Shown: in pieces, positions 62,310-64,000 of the stretch
Layout: each line of letters opens with the position of its first letter
How positions within the stretch are numbered: position 1 is the first letter of the stretch
Assembly: GCA_009859145.1 (NCBI GenBank)
Contig: VRVR01000002.1
Coordinates: 318,724-382,723, forward strand
Length of the DNA: 64,000 bases
Direction of reading: 5' to 3'
Origin: Andalucia godoyi And28
Lineage: Eukaryota; Protista; Jakobida
Position numbers and translations under genes: made by a program
Notes under the pieces: model-generated
The model's input: the letters and a program-made list of their open reading frames with translations, nothing else
Database searches by the model: none
What the model was told of the DNA's origin: nothing

Positions 62310-63665
62310 TTAGGGGATAACCAATCCGCCATGCAGGTCCATGCCTTGAGGGGCTTGGAATGTAAACCCTGCGCCAGCTAGCGCTGAAAGAACGGAGTTG
62401 CACGGCTGGAAGAACAGTGCTTGGAAAACGCAGTATCCATGCGAGTTGAATCGGGAGTGCTGAAATGCCATCACGCCATTCCATCCACCGTTGGTTCCAG
62501 ATGGAAACCGGTACATCGTGCATGTTCGAGTTTCGTGAAACATCATGGTGCGAAAGCAATCACCATAGTAAGTATCCATGTCATCTGGATGCAAGAAGCC
62601 GAGATGGTTCCCACCTTGGCTAATCATCTCAATGAATGCAGATGGACGATCGTTTGTCGCGTGAAATAACGCAAGTGTCGTCCGATTGGCACGTGCAGTG
62701 ACTTTTTCTGGTCCATCGTACCAGCAGTACAAGACTCCAAAAAGTTCTTCTGCGGGAGTCGAAAACGAAACATCCGCAGGAATTGGCGGCACTTCTAGGG
62801 CAGAATGAGCATCGCAGTCCCGGATCGCAGACGGAGTGCAAAACTCTTGAATCATGGCGCTGAACATATCGAACGAGTCCTTCAGATGTCGTGCATGTCG
62901 AGATTTTGACACCTCCGATCGGATATATCGCAACAAGAAGCAAAGCCGGCCTTGGAAAGCAATCATTGATCTTTGAATCGACGGAAGCGACGTCCATGTT
63001 TCGCGGATAAAGGACCCAAAGTTGTGGTACCGCACTTTTAGCAAGTTCACCATCTCCGGATGGATCGACAGCAGCGATATCGGAAGACGAGGTGAGAATG
63101 CCGGTAGCGTGCATGTATTTGCGATCTCGGACACCGAAGCCGCATCTGAGGAAAACAACGTGTCTCCCCCGATCGCCGAAACACCACCACCACCACCCGC
63201 TACCGACGGCAACAGCGACGGCGCGGTCGGCGGAATTCTGAGTTGATTCGCGTTTCTTTCAGATTCTGTATTTGTGACTCGATTTGACGACGGATGCGGA
63301 TCTGTGTATCGGACGATAATGCTGTCAAAGATGCTTGCATCCGCACTTAACCTTACATCCAGCGGAGTTTCGGTCAGATTCGTATCAAAATCAGATCGCA
63401 AAAACTCGGGTGTCTGCGGAAGCATTCCTTCGACGGGTCCAGGCAGGAACATACCGCCACGCTGATTCTCAGACCGGTCCTCAGTGTCCGTAAATGGATT
63501 CTGCGGCATGTCATAACCGCATGAAAGCCCAAGTCGCTCACATCGAGCACAAGGCCTCGTATTCGAGCATGCACACTTGTTCACACGACATCGATAGCAT
63601 GCACGCGACGCTCGTTTTCTTGGCGGAGGACCTACTTCCGAGTACCCTCTACTCGACACATCCAT
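62310..63665 (-). CDS. Zn(II)2Cys6 transcription factor with C-terminal PAS-like domain (paralog 2)
   Basis: CYRCRVNKCACSNTRPCARCERLGLSC cluster and FLHPDD motif. The C-terminal ~210 aa aligns with paralog 1. Confidence 0.88.
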   Translation of the reverse strand: MDVSSRGYSEVGPPPRKRASRACYRCRVNKCACSNTRPCARCERLGLSCGYDMPQNPFTDTEDRSENQRGGMFLPGPVEGMLPQTPEFLRSDFDTNLTETPLDVRLSADASIFDSIIVRYTDPHPSSNRVTNTESERNANQLRIPPTAPSLLPSVAGGGGGVSAIGGDTLFSSDAASVSEIANTCTLPAFSPRLPISLLSIHPEMVNLLKVRYHNFGSFIRETWTSLPSIQRSMIAFQGRLCFLLRYIRSEVSKSRHARHLKDSFDMFSAMIQEFCTPSAIRDCDAHSALEVPPIPADVSFSTPAEELFGVLYCWYDGPEKVTARANRTTLALFHATNDRPSAFIEMISQGGNHLGFLHPDDMDTYYGDCFRTMMFHETRTCTMYRFPSGTNGGWNGVMAFQHSRFNSHGYCVFQALFFQPCNSVLSALAGAGFTFQAPQGMDLHGGLVIP

Positions 63666-64000
63666 TCCTACTCCACCACCAACTCAAAAAAGAAGGGATT
63701 GGGGGAAAAAAACATGTTGATGATGGCGATGACGATGATGCTGAAGATGAAGAAGAAGAAGAAGAAGAAGAACCTCGTCAGACAAGAGCAGCCCGCTCTT
63801 TTCAATATGAAAACGATACGCGTTCGAAGTCCGTCGATCGGCGCATTTATCTGTCTGTCCACTACGAACAAAATCTGCGAAATAAAAAGAGTGAGAAGCG
63901 GTGAGCAGACATGATGATTATGAGATGTGGTTTTGCGTTAGAGGAAGAAGAAAAAATAGGAAGCAGAGCAGACTTCCGAGTCGGGCGAGGGGATTGTTTG

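Noticed and set aside
63666-63800. Ser-rich upstream exon for the second Zn-cluster gene
   Set aside because: It needs GAG acceptors and a weak donor, and an in-frame stop lies just upstream.

Overview
Gene-dense, intron-poor nuclear DNA from a flagellated, mitochondrion-bearing unicellular eukaryote. All three stop codons end confident genes, so the genetic code looks standard. A compact protist genome such as a jakobid/discobid is my unverified guess. The window holds about 30 protein genes: ciliary (JHY-like, CFAP54, ARMC2, LRRC49), cell cycle (CDC7, NDC80), tethering (Sec3, Exo70, probable RINT1/Tip20), tRNA modification (ELP6, KTI12, TruB), metabolic or mitochondrial (GcvT, thiolase, acyltransferase, rpS15, PRELI), and two paralogous Zn2Cys6 transcription factors with a PAS-like C-terminus. 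It also holds one tRNA gene and two families of short dispersed repeats. The most striking observation is a Pol III-type tRNA-Ala with a eukaryotic body but the prokaryote-type GGC anticodon and an A32-U38 pair, instead of the usual eukaryotic AGC/IGC. This may indicate an unusual nuclear decoding strategy. All homology calls come from recognising motifs by eye; no searches were run.
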